Numbered from the stretch's first letter, positions 36,545 to 47,412 are shown. The stretch: 64,000 bases of DNA from Nitrosopumilus sp. (GCA_965205215.1 OZ242041.1:288001-352000); one strand, 5' to 3'. Program-made: numbers and translations. Notes: generated from the sequence alone by a model not told the origin.

Positions 36545-38911
36545 CTAGTCAAGCAGGACCACCGGCCTCTGGGTCAGCCCGATCACCTCCATGGTGACGT
36601 GCCCCATCGGCTCGTCGGTGCCGCCGAGTCCGCGGCGGCCCATCGCCACGAGGTCGACGTTGAGTCTGTCGGCCGTCTCTGCAATCTTTTTTGCAGGCAT
36701 GCCGAGCTTTACGATCCGGGTGCAGCTATGCACCTCCTGCGGGACCGACACGCTGCGCAGGACTATGCGTCCCTCCTCGCGCATCTGGCTGCTCAGCTGC
36801 TCGTCCATGTCCTCCTCGCCGCCTGCATCGTCCTCGTCGGCCCATTCCATCACGTACAGGAGGTAGACCCTTAGCGCCGAGACGTCCCTCAGAAGGCGGT
36901 TTGCGTTGTTGAGCGCGCGCAACGAGCCGATGGAGCCGTCCACAGGAACCAGCACCTTGAGCAGGGACTGCGCTCCCGCGGCATCGGCGCCGCGCGCGCG
37001 GACTGCCCCATGCGGCCCCTCGCCATGCTGCCGCCGCGCATACGCGGGATCCTCGCGCCCGTCCGCGCCGAAGATCTTGGACGCAATCTCCCTTACGCTG
37101 CGGCGGGCCTCCAGTATGGGCAGCGCAATAACTGCCATGGCCCCGGCCGCGGCCCACACTACGGCCATGACCACCCACGCGGTAAACGAGGACTCGGTGA
37201 ACACGTACTCGGTAAGGTAGAGCGAGGCGGGCCACACTATAACCAAGAATACCGAGACCCCCAGGCCTATCCGCTTTGACAGCGCAGACATGCGCGCGAG
37301 CCTGCGCTCGTCCGCGTCGCGCCGCAGCATGGAGCGGATCCTGTCGTCGGCGAGAAGTATGCGCTGCTTGAGGTCCCTAAAGTCGAACCTCTCCGGAAAC
37401 ATGATGCTGCCAACAACCGTGACGATCAGGCCCGTCAGTATGGACACGACGTTTCCGGCAAGCAGCGGAATGGAGCTGCCGGTGGACAGTATGCTGATCT
37501 CCCCGTATATGGCCGACGCCGAACCCAGCCAGGCCCCGACCCCGGCTACCAGGCCCGTCACGGCCGCCGCGGTGGCGGCGTTCCTGTTTGTGCGGCCCCA
37601 CAGTATCGACAGGGAGATGGGGGCGACTGCCGACCCTATCAGGATTCCCATCATCAGGTACACGTACTGCAGGCTGACGCCCAGCTGGAAGAGCATGGAC
37701 GCCATCAGGCCCATCCCCGCCCCGAACAGCAGTATGGCGTATCTGGAGACGCGCATCAGCTCCCTGCCCGTGGCCGACGGCTTGAGGTACGTCCGGAACA
37801 CGTCGTATGTCATCAGCGACGAGACGCTGACCAGCTGCGAGGATCCGGCCGCGGTCACGGCCGTAAACACTATGGCGAGTATCAGGATGGCGCCCACGTC
37901 TCCCATGATCTCCGCGGCCGCGGTGGGCGCGACGAGGCCCAGCCCTATCTGATCCTCGCTCAGGGTCACGCCGGTGGCAATGGCGGCCAGCCCCAGCGTG
38001 GTGGCAAGCGTGAACGGTATCGCAAACCATACCAGCCCCCCGATGATAAAGCCCCCCACCACGGAGCGTGACCTGGCCGCGATCGCGCGCTGCCAGTACG
38101 ACTGATCCACAAACACGGTGCCGAAGTTCCCCACGATGTTGATCACGCCAAACACTAGGGCCCCGGCCGACGCGAGCGTCAGGTAGCTTCCCATCGCGTT
38201 GCCCTCCACCGGGTTCAGTATGGCCGCGGCGGACAGCTTGTCGTACATGCCCGATATCCCCCCTATGTCCGGCGACACAAAGTAGATCACAGATACGAAC
38301 GCCAGCACGACCACGAAGATGAATCCCGCGTTGATGTACTCGGCAAAGAACGTGGCCTTGAGGCCGCCGAATATCGTATACAGCACGATCCCGACAGGCA
38401 GCAGGAACGCGGCAAGCGTAATGTCGACGCCGGTAAGCGAGTTGACGACGGCGGCCCCGCCGAGCACGAGCATGGCGGTCACAAGCGTGTTTGTCATGAG
38501 TCCGAAGAGCAGGAAGACCTTGTGCGCGTGCTTTCCGTACCTGACGTTTATCATCTCCGCGAACGTGTGGGTCATGGGGGCCCTCCGCTTCAGCTCGACG
38601 GCCAGTATCGAGAACAGTATGACTTGTATGCACGCGCCCGCCGCGTACCAGAACGAGCCGGCCACGCCGAACTCAAACGTTACAGTAGAGGACTGGAGCA
38701 GCGTGGCGGCCCACGTCCAGGCCGACACTATCGAGGCCGCAATCAGCCCGGTCTTTATGGTGCGGCCCGCGGTATAGAACCATTCGGAGGTCTTGCGCGT
38801 GCCGAGCCACTTGGTCTCGGCCTTTACCATCAGCGTGACGGTCAGGGCCATCACAAGCCCCACCCCTATCATCACCAGAAACCCGACGTTCTCGGGGAGT
38901 ATCGCGGCCAA
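36545..38911 (-). CDS. Second DUR3-like urea transporter fused to a C-terminal universal stress protein (USP) domain
   Basis: Same DUR3 motifs as 21553-23772, followed by a USP domain KVLVPVDGS...GMPAKKIAETA...DLVAMGRRG...MGHVT...PVVLL. Confidence 0.9.
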   Translation of the reverse strand: MAAILPENVGFLVMIGVGLVMALTVTLMVKAETKWLGTRKTSEWFYTAGRTIKTGLIAASIVSAWTWAATLLQSSTVTFEFGVAGSFWYAAGACIQVILFSILAVELKRRAPMTHTFAEMINVRYGKHAHKVFLLFGLMTNTLVTAMLVLGGAAVVNSLTGVDITLAAFLLPVGIVLYTIFGGLKATFFAEYINAGFIFVVVLAFVSVIYFVSPDIGGISGMYDKLSAAAILNPVEGNAMGSYLTLASAGALVFGVINIVGNFGTVFVDQSYWQRAIAARSRSVVGGFIIGGLVWFAIPFTLATTLGLAAIATGVTLSEDQIGLGLVAPTAAAEIMGDVGAILILAIVFTAVTAAGSSQLVSVSSLMTYDVFRTYLKPSATGRELMRVSRYAILLFGAGMGLMASMLFQLGVSLQYVYLMMGILIGSAVAPISLSILWGRTNRNAATAAAVTGLVAGVGAWLGSASAIYGEISILSTGSSIPLLAGNVVSILTGLIVTVVGSIMFPERFDFRDLKQRILLADDRIRSMLRRDADERRLARMSALSKRIGLGVSVFLVIVWPASLYLTEYVFTESSFTAWVVMAVVWAAAGAMAVIALPILEARRSVREIASKIFGADGREDPAYARRQHGEGPHGAVRARGADAAGAQSLLKVLVPVDGSIGSLRALNNANRLLRDVSALRVYLLYVMEWADEDDAGGEEDMDEQLSSQMREEGRIVLRSVSVPQEVHSCTRIVKLGMPAKKIAETADRLNVDLVAMGRRGLGGTDEPMGHVTMEVIGLTQRPVVLLD

Positions 38912-39278
38912 GCAGAGAATCAGGCACGCACTAGTATTAAAATGCGGCCCGGCTTCCAGAGTATGAGTTCACGTCCTCCTGCAATCAGGCGCAAATCCCA
39001 CACTGTAACCGTCCTCTACGCACGACATGCGGGCCCATGCTTTCCCGCTGGCTGCCATGCCCCGTTTGTCCGTGCGTCCCGCTGCCCGCCGTTGCGCATG
39101 TGGGGCATCACGCCATGCCACTGCTGCTGCCGCCTACGCCGCACGCCACACTGCCGCTCATTCGTACGGCCAACCGCCCGGCTATGCGCGTCAAGCCCAG
39201 CCTAGGCACAGGACGGCGTAGGAGCCGCCGATCAAAAAAGTACATATGAGATGCCATACCATACCATACAGAAAGATC

Positions 39279-39818
39279 ATGGTTGACAGGATTGACGAGA
39301 TGATAATCTCGGCTCTGAGCCAGGACGCCAGACAGTCCGTGTTCGAGCTCTGGGATCGCGTCAGGGGGTTCGGATACAGCGTCACGGAAGAGGAGATAGA
39401 GTCCCGCAAGCAGGCCCTGGAGGACAGCGGCGTCATAAAGGGATATACGATATCGGTGGACACCAAAAAGCTGCCCGGCCGCGTCATACGCGTCGACCTG
39501 GTCACGTTCAGGACATCCCAGGCGCTGCAAAAGAGGCTGGAGGGGCTCAAGCGTTACCTGCAGGACGCGCCGTTCGTGGCGTTCTCCGGCAGGACCAGGG
39601 GCGGGTACGACTGGATTACCATAAAATCATTTCTGAGCGCGGAGATGGCCGACGAGGAGAACGACATTTACCGTAACCTGTTCGGCGACATACTCCAGAC
39701 ATACGAGGTCTATGACTTTGTGCCGCAATCAGAGGCGTCGCTTTATTCCATGTCGTATACCGAAAAAGAATATCAGGAATTCCTCAAAGAGTGGATCCCG
39801 CCGTTCATCGGCAAATAA
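39279..39818 (+). CDS. Lrp/AsnC family transcriptional regulator
   Basis: DRIDEMIISALSQDAR...LEDSGVIKGYTI HTH region followed by a RAM-like domain (GGYDW). Confidence 0.85.
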   Translation: MVDRIDEMIISALSQDARQSVFELWDRVRGFGYSVTEEEIESRKQALEDSGVIKGYTISVDTKKLPGRVIRVDLVTFRTSQALQKRLEGLKRYLQDAPFVAFSGRTRGGYDWITIKSFLSAEMADEENDIYRNLFGDILQTYEVYDFVPQSEASLYSMSYTEKEYQEFLKEWIPPFIGK

Positions 39819-39879
39819 CGTCGCCGCGTGCAAAAGGACTGCAGTGTCGCGGCGCGCGTAATAATATTGTAAGTAGGTT

Positions 39880-40815
39880 CTATGCGGCCGCTCGGTGCTC
39901 CCGCTTGTACCTCAGCGCGTCGTCTATCATCGCGTGCGCCTGCATCCTCATCTTCATCAGGAACTGTATCAGCTCAACCTGGCTGTGCGGTCCGTCCCTG
40001 CCCGCATCCTCTATCAGCTCGTCGATCCTTGAGAGCGTAATCCTGAGCGCGAGGATGCTGCGCTTTACGACGGCGGCCTCCCTTGTCTTGGCCGCGGCCG
40101 CGCCGGCGGCATCGTCGTGCACGGCGGGCCGCGCCCCTTCCGACCATCCGGGGGGCGCCATTCCCGAATAGTCGTACGCCTCTGCCTGCTTTAGCTGGCC
40201 CTTGACCCGACGTATCTGCTTGACTGTCATCTTGTTGTCTATGATCTCCTGCGCCAGCTCCGAGGCGCGGCCGCCTAGCGCGGTGTCGGTCAGCTCAAGG
40301 GCCTGGCTGATTCCCAGCACGCGATCCCTCACCCTGTTGCGCACATCCTCAGGCAGTCTCAGCAGCTGTATCCTGTGCGAGACGTACTCTTCGCTCTTTC
40401 CTATCCGCCTCCCAAGCTCGCTGACGCCGCCCCATCCAAAGTCATCCACGTACCGCTGGTACGACATGGCCTCCTCGACCGGGTCGATCGTCTTGCGCTG
40501 GAGGTTCTCGGTAAGCTGCACCTCGTACGCCTCCTTGTCGTCAAACTCCACAATCTTGCACTGTATGAACCTCCATCTGAGCGACCTGCATGCGGCAAAC
40601 CTGCGGTGCCCCGCAACAATCTCAAAGCCCCGCTCAAGCGGGCGCACTACTATGGGCTGCAGCAGCCCGTGATCCCTGATGCTGGCCTTGAGGGCCTCAA
40701 TCTCAGGGGAGTCCTTCGGGTCGGGGCTGCGGGTGGGGAACTTTGACGGCCTTACCATCCTCAACTCTATGGGTTCTACAAGCGAGTTATCGTACGGTTC
40801 CATAATTACAGCCAA
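39880..40815 (-). CDS. ParB/Spo0J family protein (no adjacent parA)
   Basis: GLLQPIVVR, EIVAGHRRFAA, ENLQR and HTH ELGRRIGKSEEYVSHRIQLLRLP. Confidence 0.93.
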   Translation of the reverse strand: MAVIMEPYDNSLVEPIELRMVRPSKFPTRSPDPKDSPEIEALKASIRDHGLLQPIVVRPLERGFEIVAGHRRFAACRSLRWRFIQCKIVEFDDKEAYEVQLTENLQRKTIDPVEEAMSYQRYVDDFGWGGVSELGRRIGKSEEYVSHRIQLLRLPEDVRNRVRDRVLGISQALELTDTALGGRASELAQEIIDNKMTVKQIRRVKGQLKQAEAYDYSGMAPPGWSEGARPAVHDDAAGAAAAKTREAAVVKRSILALRITLSRIDELIEDAGRDGPHSQVELIQFLMKMRMQAHAMIDDALRYKREHRAAA

Positions 40816-41050
40816 ACCATATACGTGTGCGGAATATTTATCATTTTTATAGCCATATTGTGATCGGCCGTGCCGGAGTGCGTCTCAGTCACGGGAATCA
40901 TAACTGCTGTCAAAAAGGATCATGCCAGACGTTACGCGGTCCGAATGTCCGCCGCAGGTCCTCCGTATGCCCCGCGCCGGCATGGCTCTCCCTTTTCTGG
41001 CATGACAGGCCTTTCTCCGCGTTATTATATGGGAATTCTTCATGCCGTGT

Positions 41051-41212
41051 ATGACCAGCTATATCGAGATCTACTGCTCCAGCTGCAAAAAGACGCTTGG
41101 CAGGTACAATACCAAGTTTTACAACGACGACAAGATAAGGGATCTGCTAAAGACCGCCCATTCGGTGCACGTAAGGGACGGCCACACCGTGGATATGAGG
41201 AGGACGGACTAG
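41051..41212 (+). CDS. Small putative zinc-binding protein (53 aa, below the ORF-track cutoff)
   Basis: Manual translation MTSYIEIYCSSCKKTLGRYNTKFYNDDKIRDLLKTAHSVHVRDGHTVDMRRTD with CxxC...HxxH....H. TATA-like GTTATTATA about 25 nt upstream. Confidence 0.7.
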   Translation: MTSYIEIYCSSCKKTLGRYNTKFYNDDKIRDLLKTAHSVHVRDGHTVDMRRTD

Positions 41213-41284
41213 AGGATTCTGCCGATGCTGCGTCACCGTAGAGCCGTCGCCACGCGCACCGCAAGCATCTCCAGCAGAGACGCC

Positions 41285-41920
41285 TTACTGGCCGCCGTGG
41301 TAGTCACCCCCGGGCGCCATGCGGGCGGCGGCCTCCGCTGCCTGCCTGAGGCTCGACACCCTGACTAGCCGCGGCGGGGATTCTGCAACCGTGGTGTTCC
41401 ACGGCTGCGTGTACAGGATCACCCGCTTGCCGTTGCGCAAAAACGCCTCCGCGTTTACGGGCGAGTCGTCTATGAACACGTCATAGTCCAGATCGGCCTT
41501 CATGTGTCCGGCCGCCACGTGCACGTACCTCCGGTACGATATATCGTGAAGCTTGAGCCACATCCTTACGTGCCTGTTCGTTGCCGGCGACCGGGCCGTG
41601 ACGATGTCCACCGCGCCTATGCGCGACAGCCCCTCCGTCGCACGGGCCAGATCCGGCTCCGTGGGGGGCAGGGAGTCCCATTCGTTCCAGCATGCGTCAA
41701 GCTGGGCGTAAAAGTCCCGCTTCTTGACGCCGTATCTTGACCAAAAGTCCCAGCCGGTCATGTCCGACTTGGAGAGCGGGGCGAGCCTGCCGGGGTTTGT
41801 CATGCGCAGCCACGCCTGCATCACGTCGGCCAGCACGCCGTCCACGTCCAGGGCTATCCTGCAGCTGCCGTTATGGCCGTCGTCGTAGTCGTCACCACCG
41901 TCACCGCCGCCGCCGTTCAT
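41285..41920 (-). CDS. HAD-superfamily 5'(3')-nucleotidase-like (NT5C type)
   Basis: DVDGVLAD, IVTAR, K, FIDDS and QPWN motifs. Confidence 0.88.
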   Translation of the reverse strand: MNGGGGDGGDDYDDGHNGSCRIALDVDGVLADVMQAWLRMTNPGRLAPLSKSDMTGWDFWSRYGVKKRDFYAQLDACWNEWDSLPPTEPDLARATEGLSRIGAVDIVTARSPATNRHVRMWLKLHDISYRRYVHVAAGHMKADLDYDVFIDDSPVNAEAFLRNGKRVILYTQPWNTTVAESPPRLVRVSSLRQAAEAAARMAPGGDYHGGQ

Positions 41921-41925
41921 GGCGG

Positions 41926-43008
41926 CTAACCCTCCTTCTGAAACTCTTCGAGCAGCCGCCTCTGGGTGCGGTTGAGTTTTTTTGGTATCCCGACGGCAAG
42001 GTGCACCAGCATGTCGCCCTTGCCGCGGCTGCGGACGTGCGAGACCCCCTTGCCCCTCACCTTTATGGTGTCGTTTGGCTGGCTGCCGGGATCTATCCTT
42101 ATGGTCTCCATGCCGTCAAGCGTGGGAACCCTCATGGTGCATCCGAGCGCGGCATCCACCATCGGGACGTGCAGGCGCATGTGTATGTCCTTGCCGTCAC
42201 GCTCAAAGAGCTTGTGCCTCATGACCCTCACCCTCACTATCAGGTCGCCGTTCCGGCCCCCGGGCACCTCGTCGCCCTCCCCCTGTATGGTATAGTCCCC
42301 GTCATCGACTCCGGGGGGTATCTTGAATGCAATGGGCTTCTTTCCCTTGCGGCTGCCGTTCCCCTTGCACTTGCCGCACGGGTCCTCTATGGCCATGCCC
42401 TGGCCCCCGCACGCAGAGCAGGGCATTGCGGTTACAAAGGAGGCAAACCCCATCTGGCGCGTCTTCCTGATCTGGCCCTGGCCCCCGCACGCAGAGCACG
42501 TCTTCCTTCCGGTCCCGGGGCGGCATCCCGTCCCGCTGCACTCCCCGCAGGCTATGCGCTTTTGGACCTCGATCTCCAGGTTCTTGCCGTGCAGGACCTC
42601 CTCAAGTGTAACCGACGTCTCGACTAGGCGGTCGGCGCCCTCGCGGCGCCGGCCGAAGCCGCCGCGGCCCCTGCCACCAAAGATCTGCTCAAAGATGGAC
42701 TCGAATCCGCCGCCGTCCCGGCCGAATATCTCGTCAAAGTTTCCGCGCGCACCGCCGAAGATATCCTCCGTGCTGTACTGCCCGTCTACTCCCGCATGCC
42801 CGGCCCTGTCGTACAGCTGCCGCTTGGAGCCGTCAGACAGCACCGCATACGCCTCGGATATCTCCTTGAAGTGCTCGGCGGCCTCGGCCGTGCTGTTACG
42901 GTCGGGGTGGAACTTTAGCGCCAGCTTACGGTACTGTTTCTTTATCTCGTCGGCGGGCGCGTCTTTGGCAACGCCCAGAACCTCGTAATAGTCACGCTTC
43001 GAACTCAC
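41926..43008 (-). CDS. dnaJ: Chaperone DnaJ
   Basis: J-domain with HPD, G/F region and four CxxCxGxG repeats. Confidence 0.98.
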   Translation of the reverse strand: MSSKRDYYEVLGVAKDAPADEIKKQYRKLALKFHPDRNSTAEAAEHFKEISEAYAVLSDGSKRQLYDRAGHAGVDGQYSTEDIFGGARGNFDEIFGRDGGGFESIFEQIFGGRGRGGFGRRREGADRLVETSVTLEEVLHGKNLEIEVQKRIACGECSGTGCRPGTGRKTCSACGGQGQIRKTRQMGFASFVTAMPCSACGGQGMAIEDPCGKCKGNGSRKGKKPIAFKIPPGVDDGDYTIQGEGDEVPGGRNGDLIVRVRVMRHKLFERDGKDIHMRLHVPMVDAALGCTMRVPTLDGMETIRIDPGSQPNDTIKVRGKGVSHVRSRGKGDMLVHLAVGIPKKLNRTQRRLLEEFQKEG

Positions 43009-43071
43009 AGCACGTCACGCTCTGAATGTTTTACGTATAAACGATATTAAGCCGTACCGCGTGCCGCAGGG

Positions 43072-45066
43072 TCACGACTGGCCCGTCTGGTGCGGATCCT
43101 TTTGCGCCGAGTCGTTGTCGTTGCTGCTGCTGTTGTTGTTGTCGTTGCTGCTGCTGTTGTTGTTGTCGTTGCTGTCTGCGCTGTCAGCGTCGCCGCTTTC
43201 CCGTGCGCCCTCCGACTGCTGCCCTTCCGGATCCACCTTTTCAAACACGTTCTCGTCACCCTCGGCGGCTGACTGTTGTTGCTGCTGCTGTTGTTGTTGG
43301 TCTGCCCCCGGAGCGGCATTCTTGTACAGCTCCACGGTCACCTCGTTTACAATCTTTTGAAGGGCCTCTAGCTTTGGCTTTAGCTCCTCCGGCTCCCTGT
43401 CCAGGGCCTCCTTTACCTCCTTTGCCGCGTCGGTAATCTTGATGCCCTGCTCCTGGGTTATCTTGTCCTTGAGGTCCTGTGTTACCAGCTTCTCGGTGGT
43501 GTAGATATAGCTCTCCGCCTCGTTCCGGAGGTCTATCTTTTCCTTTTTCTTTTTGTCCTCCTCGGAGAACTTTTCGGCGTCCTCCTTTAGCTTTTCAATC
43601 TCGTCCTCGGACAGCTTGGTTGACGACTCGATCGTGATCTTTGCCTCCTTCTGCGTCCCGAGATCCTTTGCAGTCACGTTGATTATTCCGTTGGCGTCGA
43701 TGTCGAACTTGACCTCTATCTGCGGCACGCCCCTTGGCGCCGGGGGCAGGTCCGTAAGGTTGAAGCTTCCAAGAGAGACGTTGTCCGAGGCCATCGGGCG
43801 CTCCCCCTGCACCACGTGTATGGTAACGGCCGTCTGGTTGTCCGCGGCGGTGGTAAAGACCTTGGACTTTGAGGTGGGTATGGTGGTGTTGCGCTCTATG
43901 AGCGGCTCCCTGACCCCGCCCAGTGTCTCTATCCCGAGCGTCAGCGGCGTCACGTCAAGCAGTACGATGTCGCTTGTAACGTCGCCCGCTATGATGCCGG
44001 CCTGGATCGCTGCGCCCATTGCGACTGCCTCCATCGGGTCCACGCCGGACTCGGGCGTCTTGCCGACCACCTCGCCGACGAACTTTCTTACAAGCGGTAT
44101 CCTAGTAGGCCCCCCGACCATCACTATCTTGCCGATGTCAGAGGCCGTAACCTTCGCATCCTCGAGCGCCTTTAGTATGGACGGCTTGCAGCGCTGCACT
44201 ATCGGGTCGATGAGCTCGTCGAGTTTTGCCCTGGTGATCCTGATCTCGAGGTTCTTTGCGCCCGACGAGGGGTCGTTTGCTATGAACGGCAGGTTGACGT
44301 CAGTCTCCATTACGGTGGACAGCTCGATCTTTGCCTTTTCGGCCGCCTCCCGTATGCGCGTCATCGCGGTCACGTCGGATCCAAGGTCTATGCCCTCCTT
44401 TTTGCGGAACTCGTCGGAGATATAGTCGATCAGGGCCTTGTCCATGTCGGTCCCTCCGAGCTGCGTGTCACCGGAGGTGCTCATCACCTCAAAGACGCCG
44501 CCGCCCATCTCCATTATGGTAACGTCCAGCGTGCCGCCGCCAAAGTCAAAGACCAGTATCTTCATGTCCTCCTTTGCCTTGTCCAGCCCGAACGCAAGCG
44601 AGGCGGCCGTCGGTTCGTTGATTATCCGGACAACATCAAGCCCCGCGATCGTGCCGGCGTCCTTTGTGGCCTGGCGCTGGTTGTCATCAAAGTATGCCGG
44701 GACCGTAATGACTGCCTTCTGGACAGGCTCACCCACGAACGCCTCCGCGTCTTTTTTGATCTTTTGCAGGATGAACGCCGAGATCTGCTGCGGCTTGTAG
44801 TCCTTGTCCTGTATGCGGAACGTGTGATCGGATCCCATCTTGCGCTTTGCCGCGACTATGGTGTTCGTTGGATTTGTGACGGCCTGCCTGCGCGCCGGCT
44901 CCCCCACCAAGAGGTCGCCCTCCTTTGAGAACGCCACGACGGAGGGAAAGGCCTTGCCGCCCACGGTGGCGCCCTCGGCCGCCGGAATTATGGCGGGTTT
45001 GCCGCCCATCATTACGGCAGCAGCAGAGTTGCTGGTGCCAAGATCAATGCCGATAATTTTACTCAT
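43072..45066 (-). CDS. dnaK: Chaperone DnaK (Hsp70)
   Basis: [24 protein letters not shown] and [17 protein letters not shown]. Poly-Q/N low-complexity tail. Confidence 0.99.
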   Translation of the reverse strand: MSKIIGIDLGTSNSAAAVMMGGKPAIIPAAEGATVGGKAFPSVVAFSKEGDLLVGEPARRQAVTNPTNTIVAAKRKMGSDHTFRIQDKDYKPQQISAFILQKIKKDAEAFVGEPVQKAVITVPAYFDDNQRQATKDAGTIAGLDVVRIINEPTAASLAFGLDKAKEDMKILVFDFGGGTLDVTIMEMGGGVFEVMSTSGDTQLGGTDMDKALIDYISDEFRKKEGIDLGSDVTAMTRIREAAEKAKIELSTVMETDVNLPFIANDPSSGAKNLEIRITRAKLDELIDPIVQRCKPSILKALEDAKVTASDIGKIVMVGGPTRIPLVRKFVGEVVGKTPESGVDPMEAVAMGAAIQAGIIAGDVTSDIVLLDVTPLTLGIETLGGVREPLIERNTTIPTSKSKVFTTAADNQTAVTIHVVQGERPMASDNVSLGSFNLTDLPPAPRGVPQIEVKFDIDANGIINVTAKDLGTQKEAKITIESSTKLSEDEIEKLKEDAEKFSEEDKKKKEKIDLRNEAESYIYTTEKLVTQDLKDKITQEQGIKITDAAKEVKEALDREPEELKPKLEALQKIVNEVTVELYKNAAPGADQQQQQQQQQSAAEGDENVFEKVDPEGQQSEGARESGDADSADSNDNNNSSSNDNNNSSSNDNDSAQKDPHQTGQS
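43117..43174. repeat. 24-nt tandem repeat (about 2.4 copies) in the dnaK tail
   Basis: GTCGTTGCTGCTGCTGTTGTTGTT x2 plus a partial copy. Encodes NDNNNSSS repeats. Confidence 0.9.
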
Positions 45067-45077
45067 TATTTACCGCG

Positions 45078-45845
45078 CTACTCCTTTTTTGATATGACAA
45101 CCATTGAAGGCCTTATAATCGTATTTTTCATCACGTAGCCGCGGCGCAGCTCCTTTGTTATGGTGTTCTCATCAAGCAGCGGGTCCACCTCCGAGGAGAC
45201 GGCCTCGTGCATGTTCGGGTCGAATATCTCTCCGAGCGCGTCGATGGGCCTGACCTCGTACCTCTCAAGCACAGAGTCCATGTTGCGCAGTATGGAGTCA
45301 AGCCCCGTCGTGTCAACCTGCTCCTTGGCAAACGTGTCGCGGGCCCTGACAAAGTCGTCCCGCACGCCGAGCACGTCGGACACGAGTCCGCCAAGCCTCG
45401 CGGCAATCCCGGCCTCGATCTCAGACGCCGCCCTCTTCGTAAGGTTCTGGTAGTCGGCAAGCGCGAGCTTGAGCTTTTGCTCGTACCTGGAGGACTTGGC
45501 CGCCTCGGCCTGCAACAGGTTGTACAGCTGCGCGGGGTCCATGTCGGGTGACGGCGTCGGCGGCGCCGTGCCGCCGGGCTCGGCGTCTCGGGTGCTGCTG
45601 CGACCGTCGTCTGGCTCCGACTCTGACTCTGCAGCGGCCGTGGCTGCATCCGCGGTCGGTTCGGGGCCCGTGGCGCCGCCGTCTGAACCCTCACTGTCGT
45701 CGTTTCCGCCGGCAACATCCCCACCGGCAACATTCTCAATTGTAATCTCCCCGTCGGCCGCGTAGTCCGTTTCGGCCGCCGCGCCGGGATCGCGGCCGCC
45801 GTCATCTCCGCCATCTGCAGGCGGCCCGTCGTTTTGTGACATCAT
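45078..45845 (-). CDS. grpE: Nucleotide exchange factor GrpE
   Basis: LADYQNLTKR, FDPNMHEAV and RRGY....IIRPSMV. Confidence 0.95.
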   Translation of the reverse strand: MMSQNDGPPADGGDDGGRDPGAAAETDYAADGEITIENVAGGDVAGGNDDSEGSDGGATGPEPTADAATAAAESESEPDDGRSSTRDAEPGGTAPPTPSPDMDPAQLYNLLQAEAAKSSRYEQKLKLALADYQNLTKRAASEIEAGIAARLGGLVSDVLGVRDDFVRARDTFAKEQVDTTGLDSILRNMDSVLERYEVRPIDALGEIFDPNMHEAVSSEVDPLLDENTITKELRRGYVMKNTIIRPSMVVISKKE

Positions 45846-45973
45846 CTAGCGCCACGGCGCAGGCGATTTATAATTTAACAACTGGCGATCCCCTGGTTTG
45901 TTGCGCAACCCTGCCTGCGCTTCATTCCGCGGTCGAGAGCACACACCAAGAGTTCGGGTTATGCAGTTAACTA

Positions 45974-47233
45974 CTATCCTTCAAACTGCTCGCACAGCGG
46001 GGTGGCCTTTACCACCACCAGATTGGGCTTTTCGGCCTTGGCGGCCGCGGCCAGCTCAAAGTCCTTCAGGGAGCACGGGATGACGGCCATTGGCTTGTCA
46101 GTCGCAAAGATTCCCGGCGGTGGCTCCGCGTACACGTCCACGTCGGCCAGCCAGTCGTGCAGCCGGTTGGCCAGCACGTTGCATATCTCGTTGCGGTCAC
46201 CGCGCATCAGGTGGTCATCAAACGACCACAGTATGACCACCTTGGTCTTGGTGGTACGCATGTCACAGTCCCGTATGATCTGCTTGGTGTTGTCCACCAG
46301 CCGCCGGACGTACGAGTCCAGGCCCTTTGCGTACAGCGTGGGCAGCCGCTGAAGCGACTTTGCATCCTCAAGGGACAACCCGACGGCACGCATGTCAAGC
46401 AGTCCGCCAACCATCCCGTCCAGGTACGACTCCTGCATGCGGTCGTCGACTGCCATCTCCGGCACGCTCTCCCTTGGAACGAACTGCGCCACCTCGAGCA
46501 TGGTGCATATGGACGCAAACCTGGATACGATCTCCATTGCGTGTATGTACTCCGACGCGGCCAACGTCGCGAACTCCGCGGGGGTCTCGGGATCAGGCGA
46601 GAAGATTGCGGCAAGCCGGCCGTCGACCCTTCCGGGATCGGCGGAGCCGACCATCCGGGGCGGCGGGCGGCCGCTCTCCAGCGGATAATAGTAGTAGGAC
46701 ACCTCCGAGCCCACCTCGAGCCCGGTATCGTGCTGCAGTATCGACACGTACTCGCTGCTCTCCCCGATGCCGACCGGCACGCAGAATATCACGGAGGCAC
46801 CCTCCTTGACGTGCTCTACCGCATCCTTGAAGAGCGAGTGCGTGCTCGCCTTTGTGCTGTGCAGCTGGGCGCGTATGCGCGGCGCAAAGAACAGATAGTC
46901 AGACCTTGAGACGGCCACATGCAGCGGCTCGAGAGACATTATGGGTTCGTCATCCTGCAGGGAGGATATGTGCGGGTACGTCCTGGCGATCTCCGCGTTC
47001 AGCTTGATTGCGGTGGGGTTCGACTCGTCTATGATAAAGACGGTCGCGCCGTCTATGGCGGCCTGCCGCGCTATGTCGTAGCCCTCCGTGCTCATCCCAA
47101 ACACGGACACGGTCATGGCGCGGTCATGCGCGCCGTTGCCGGCGTTGCCACCATCAGGGATTGTCCTGCCGGCTCTCTTGCCGCCACCCTTCTTGCCGCT
47201 ATCTTTTTTGCCACCGGTCCTTTTTGCCGCCAT
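45974..47233 (-). CDS. Degenerate UDP-glucose/GDP-mannose dehydrogenase-like protein
   Basis: Rossmann-like start (VSVFGMSTEG), YYPLE and EFATLAASE pattern, C-terminal KVVILW. Catalytic motifs are not recognisable. Confidence 0.55.
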   Translation of the reverse strand: MAAKRTGGKKDSGKKGGGKRAGRTIPDGGNAGNGAHDRAMTVSVFGMSTEGYDIARQAAIDGATVFIIDESNPTAIKLNAEIARTYPHISSLQDDEPIMSLEPLHVAVSRSDYLFFAPRIRAQLHSTKASTHSLFKDAVEHVKEGASVIFCVPVGIGESSEYVSILQHDTGLEVGSEVSYYYYPLESGRPPPRMVGSADPGRVDGRLAAIFSPDPETPAEFATLAASEYIHAMEIVSRFASICTMLEVAQFVPRESVPEMAVDDRMQESYLDGMVGGLLDMRAVGLSLEDAKSLQRLPTLYAKGLDSYVRRLVDNTKQIIRDCDMRTTKTKVVILWSFDDHLMRGDRNEICNVLANRLHDWLADVDVYAEPPPGIFATDKPMAVIPCSLKDFELAAAAKAEKPNLVVVKATPLCEQFEG

Positions 47234-47334
47234 AATACACCGCAGCGGCTTCTTTAAAAAAACTTATTGCGCAGTCGGCCTAAAATGCAATCTAAAAAGT
47301 TCATTAAGGGATGTGCAGCTGCCCGTTTACTGTC

Positions 47335-47412
47335 AGCCCGGTAGTGTAGTCAGGTCAAGCATGGAGGGTTTTGGTCCCTCCGACCCCAGTTCGAATCTGG
47401 GCCGGGCTACCA
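47335..47412 (+). tRNA. tRNA-Gln(UUG), intronless, with genomic CCA
   Basis: Acceptor stem AGCCCGG/CCGGGCT, anticodon arm GAGGG-TTTTGGT-CCCTC (anticodon TTG), T-arm CCCAG-TTCGAAT-CTGGG, then ACCA. The A1-U72 pair fits GatDE recognition. Confidence 0.95.
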
